From contig CAWDOD010000002.1 in the NCBI GenBank assembly GCA_963803805.1, positions 1,024,001 through 1,088,000 on the forward strand: a DNA stretch of 64,000 nt, in the 5' to 3' direction. The DNA is from an uncultured cyanobacterium (GTDB lineage: Bacteria > Cyanobacteriota > Cyanobacteriia > Cyanobacteriales > CAWCAG01). The first letter of the stretch is position 1; each line of letters starts with the position of its first letter. The notes below the pieces were generated by a model that saw nothing but the letters and a program-made list of their open reading frames with translations, made no database searches and was not told where the DNA came from. Shown piece by piece: positions 61,901 through 64,000 of this stretch. Position numbers and translations under genes: made by a program.

Positions 61901-63837
61901 CAATCTTTGAGGAAACGATAGAATTTAAAGCGTTCAGTTATTTCTGTGCAGAGAAAAAATAGCTCTTCAAACTGATCAAAGATCAGAACTGTCAAAAAGT
62001 TTCCCTCTGCATTTTGTTGTAACTGTTTGAGTATGGTGGCGGCAGTTGCAGGTTGCTCTTGTTGGGCTTTTAATTCCCAATTGGGATGAAGTTCCTTTAT
62101 TGCTCTAGCTAATTCTTGGGTTAAATCTTTTTCCCAATCCCACCTTACAGTTTGAACTATAGGTAGAACCTCTCGCGCTCCAATGATCTCTCCCCATAAA
62201 GAGGGAACTAAGCCGGTTTTAATTAAATAGCTTTTTCCTACTCCAGAAGAACCATGAATTACCGTGAGTTTATGATGGCTACTACTCAGGCGTTCTATCA
62301 AATTATTGATATCTCTTTGTCGTCCTGAAGCAGCAATAATACGAGATATATCTAAGTGAGATAAAGGCCCTGAAGGTGAATGACTTGTACCTAAAAAAGC
62401 TCGCAATCCACATTGTTGTTCAATAGATTGCTTTTCTTTTTTTAGCTTGAAAGCAGAGAAATAGTCTTGTTGAGAAAAATAAAGTGATCGCAGTTCTGTT
62501 AAAATTTGTAGATAAAGTTGGGGATTTTCCCTAAGATTAGGTTTTAATCTCTCTACTTTCTTAGCTCGTTCTAAATTTTTGAGAGCTGTTTGTATTTCTC
62601 CCAATTGACCTTGGGCTTGGGCTAAAAGAAATAAATATAAAGCTTGTTGGTTATTGATTTCTGAAGAGGAAACACTTTGAACTTCTAGAGCATTTTCTGC
62701 TAGGGATTTAGCTTCAGTGTAGTCTGAGTTTGCTAACGCCACTTGAGCAAGAAAACCGTAAGCTCTGCCTAAGCGTTGAGTCGAATTATAGGTAGCAGAT
62801 TGCTTGAGAGAAAGCAAAGTTACAGCTTGCAACTCTTCCCAATGGCGAGTTTGTTGTAAGACTTCACTGAGTTTAATGGTCAACTCTGCAACCCACTCCA
62901 AATGGTTTTCTACAGCAAAAAGTTCTATGCAGAGTTGAAAACAGTTCTTAGCCTGCCTCCATTTGGGATGAGAAGGTGAATTGCTTTTCCTGGCTTGATG
63001 ACAATGACACAGAGCCATATGAAACAGTAACAGACCATATATTTCATTAGTCTGGGATTGTTGTTTGCCATCAGGGATTGCTAGTTGTAAAGAATTCCAA
63101 CTTTGTTCATAAAGGTACAAAGCTTTATCTATTTGCTTGTCTTCATAAGCATCTCTACCTAAAATAAAAGACCAAATTGCTTCCAGGATTGGTTCTAAAT
63201 CTATTTGAGCAGCCCTCAAATCTGACTTTGCAAATTCAAGAGCTTGGCGGCGATGACCGACTGGAGAGAGATCGAGGGCTTGGTTAGGTAAGAACTTTGT
63301 GGCACCAGATTCTAATAATTGATTAATGGAATTACTTATGGTTTGTTGCCAAAGTTTGATTAATTCCTGTGTTGGTAATTCAAATTTAATGGAAGTTGAA
63401 GCCCAACTTTTAAAATCTGGAGCAAAGCGAGTTAGTTTTTGGAGAATGTCATCGGTTATCCAAATTACTAAAGGCACAGAGAAATGTTTACGAAATTCAT
63501 CTCTGACTTGATTGGTGGCCACCAATAAAGTCTCTATAGCTTCAACTGATTCTAAACCAAATACTATTAATGCTGAAAAAGAACCAGAATTAATTTCTGG
63601 TTCTAAATTACTAAATAAAGTAGTAACTGAAGTTGGTAAACAAACTTTTTTTAGAGGTGAAGGTAAACCTTCTAAGCTTTCTATTTTTTGAGTGATTTTT
63701 TCCTGGAGAGCAATATAGTTACAACGAACTAGTATTAAGGAAAATTGCCCTAAAGACATTTCTATCGCTCTTTTCAAAGTAGATAGAGAACGCTGATTGA
63801 CATCAACTATTAATTTAGATTGTTTTAATTTACTCAT
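58921..63837 (-). CDS. TPR - STAND NTPase (nSTAND1-like) - TM - WD40 repeat protein
   Basis: TPR-like helices; HGSSGVGKS, DQFEE, SLREDY, HDYLV; one TM segment; about 14 GH...V.FSPDG..LAS.S.D.T.KLW repeats. Confidence 0.9.
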   Translation of the reverse strand: MSKLKQSKLIVDVNQRSLSTLKRAIEMSLGQFSLILVRCNYIALQEKITQKIESLEGLPSPLKKVCLPTSVTTLFSNLEPEINSGSFSALIVFGLESVEAIETLLVATNQVRDEFRKHFSVPLVIWITDDILQKLTRFAPDFKSWASTSIKFELPTQELIKLWQQTISNSINQLLESGATKFLPNQALDLSPVGHRRQALEFAKSDLRAAQIDLEPILEAIWSFILGRDAYEDKQIDKALYLYEQSWNSLQLAIPDGKQQSQTNEIYGLLLFHMALCHCHQARKSNSPSHPKWRQAKNCFQLCIELFAVENHLEWVAELTIKLSEVLQQTRHWEELQAVTLLSLKQSATYNSTQRLGRAYGFLAQVALANSDYTEAKSLAENALEVQSVSSSEINNQQALYLFLLAQAQGQLGEIQTALKNLERAKKVERLKPNLRENPQLYLQILTELRSLYFSQQDYFSAFKLKKEKQSIEQQCGLRAFLGTSHSPSGPLSHLDISRIIAASGRQRDINNLIERLSSSHHKLTVIHGSSGVGKSYLIKTGLVPSLWGEIIGAREVLPIVQTVRWDWEKDLTQELARAIKELHPNWELKAQQEQPATAATILKQLQQNAEGNFLTVLIFDQFEELFFLCTEITERFKFYRFLKDCLNIPYVKVVLSLREDYLHHLLHWERLGDLDVIDNNILTRQTRYHLGELSHEEALNMIKTLTAQSQFQLEDSLIKVLAQDLALARGTVRPVELQVVGAQLQAEKIATLQKYRQLGPNPKTILVGHSLQAVISDCGQQNEDAVWQILFSLTNERGTRPLKTKAELVNSPESGLSEKRRRSKDKELVTGSQLNLILNILVDSGLVFRVREEPEDRYQIVHDYLVPTIRNKYKRRVQQVIEARLKRNQLEISRVRQQRLQAIAIGATMAILAIAAGAFGWRAEVERKVAYNLSFNAELNALSASSETLFVSSKPFDALLEGLRAAHRLKNKEKGVTIKSDTKLKVITALEQAVYGVIESNRLEGHDDVVWDISFNSDGQTIATASRDKTIKIWHPDGSLLQTLKGHDDSVTSVVFNPDGSLLASSSWDGTVKLWQPDGEEILTIPVHSNNVYSVDFSNDGQYLITAGGDGLIKLWNLQGKLLKTISGHVGAVNWASFSPDGKFIASAGEDQLVKLWSIEGKLLKNLQGHTGKVNHLTFSPDSKTIASVSDDKTVKLWNIDGQLINTLQGHEGWVFSVSFSPDGQLVASASDDSQIKLWSREGQLLQTLKGHGDGVTGVGFSPDGQTLASTSYDKTIKLWGRSKLNRQILRGHTDEVKDVSFSPDGELIVSAGKDHTVKLWTREGQLLATLEDHTEPVSSVSFSPDGELIASASHDKTVKLWSRSGELLKTLSGHEDWVLDIAWSNDSQLLASAGRDKTIKIWNAQSGVLQNTLTGHAERVNSLSFSANDQILASGSDDKTLKLWIAGQEGEFSNQRVKTLSGNNSWVLDTSFSPPNNFKLIPAQRGDFPFQSPQLFQTKPESQSNQILATAGYDNTVRLWNLEGEKLKTLKGHTDSVARLSFNPTGEIIATTTWDKTIQLWRLDDTLLHSLEGHQDRVTSVSWSKDGKAIATGSSDHTIIIWNLDIEALTDLSCDWLKNYLQNNPQVRDSDRNLCQ

Positions 63838-64000
63838 GAGAGTTTTTTAATAGCTCTCTTTCAAAAGAATTATTATCAATTTATAATTAAAAATTGGAAA
63901 ATTTGAAATTGAGATTTATCGATGAGATATCAACTAGCTGAAGCTAATAAAGATTGAAATTTAACTGTCTCGGATAAAGCTGGATTAATACCAAACCAAC

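Noticed and set aside
58921-63837. STAND-WD40 protein as a novel Avs-like defence gene
   Set aside because: This architecture is common in cyanobacteria, has no evident effector domain and is not in a defence context here.

Overview
AT-rich cyanobacterial chromosomal window: many HIP1 GCGATCGC octamers, heptamer tandem repeats, NtcA boxes and cyanobacteria-type sigE, urtABCDE, fibrillin and ctpC genes. The housekeeping backbone is sigE, priA, urtABCDE/ureG, mraY, a glycosyltransferase cluster, nadD-nrtR-nadE, a two-component pair, frmA, an ECF sigma/anti-sigma/Spy operon, ctpC and a STAND-WD40 protein. The main accessory feature is a ~14-kb minus-strand island between priA and urtE (9451-23430). 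It encodes an SspABCD/BREX-4-like sulfur-modification set (DUF4007, large ATPase, PAPS-reductase-family protein, cysteine desulfurase). I recognise no SspE or PglZ/BrxL partner in it; instead it carries an SF2 helicase, a MORC/GHKL ATPase and a PLD nuclease, plus a nested HEPN-like/ATPase pair. This is the best candidate for an undescribed phosphorothioate-linked defence system. Other notable items: a 2.6-kb Sel1 / degenerate-DUF4157 effector / WG-repeat cassette flanked by a perfect 30-bp duplication of the priA 3' end; a DUF262-AlbA_2 (Schlafen-like) fusion in a Uma2/TA hotspot; an SDR5-type 21-nt insertion in a HIP1 site; several gene relics; and two homopolymer frameshifts that may be sequencing errors. 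No rRNA, tRNA, CRISPR array, integrase or transposase was recognised. All family calls come from motif recognition by eye; no searches were run.
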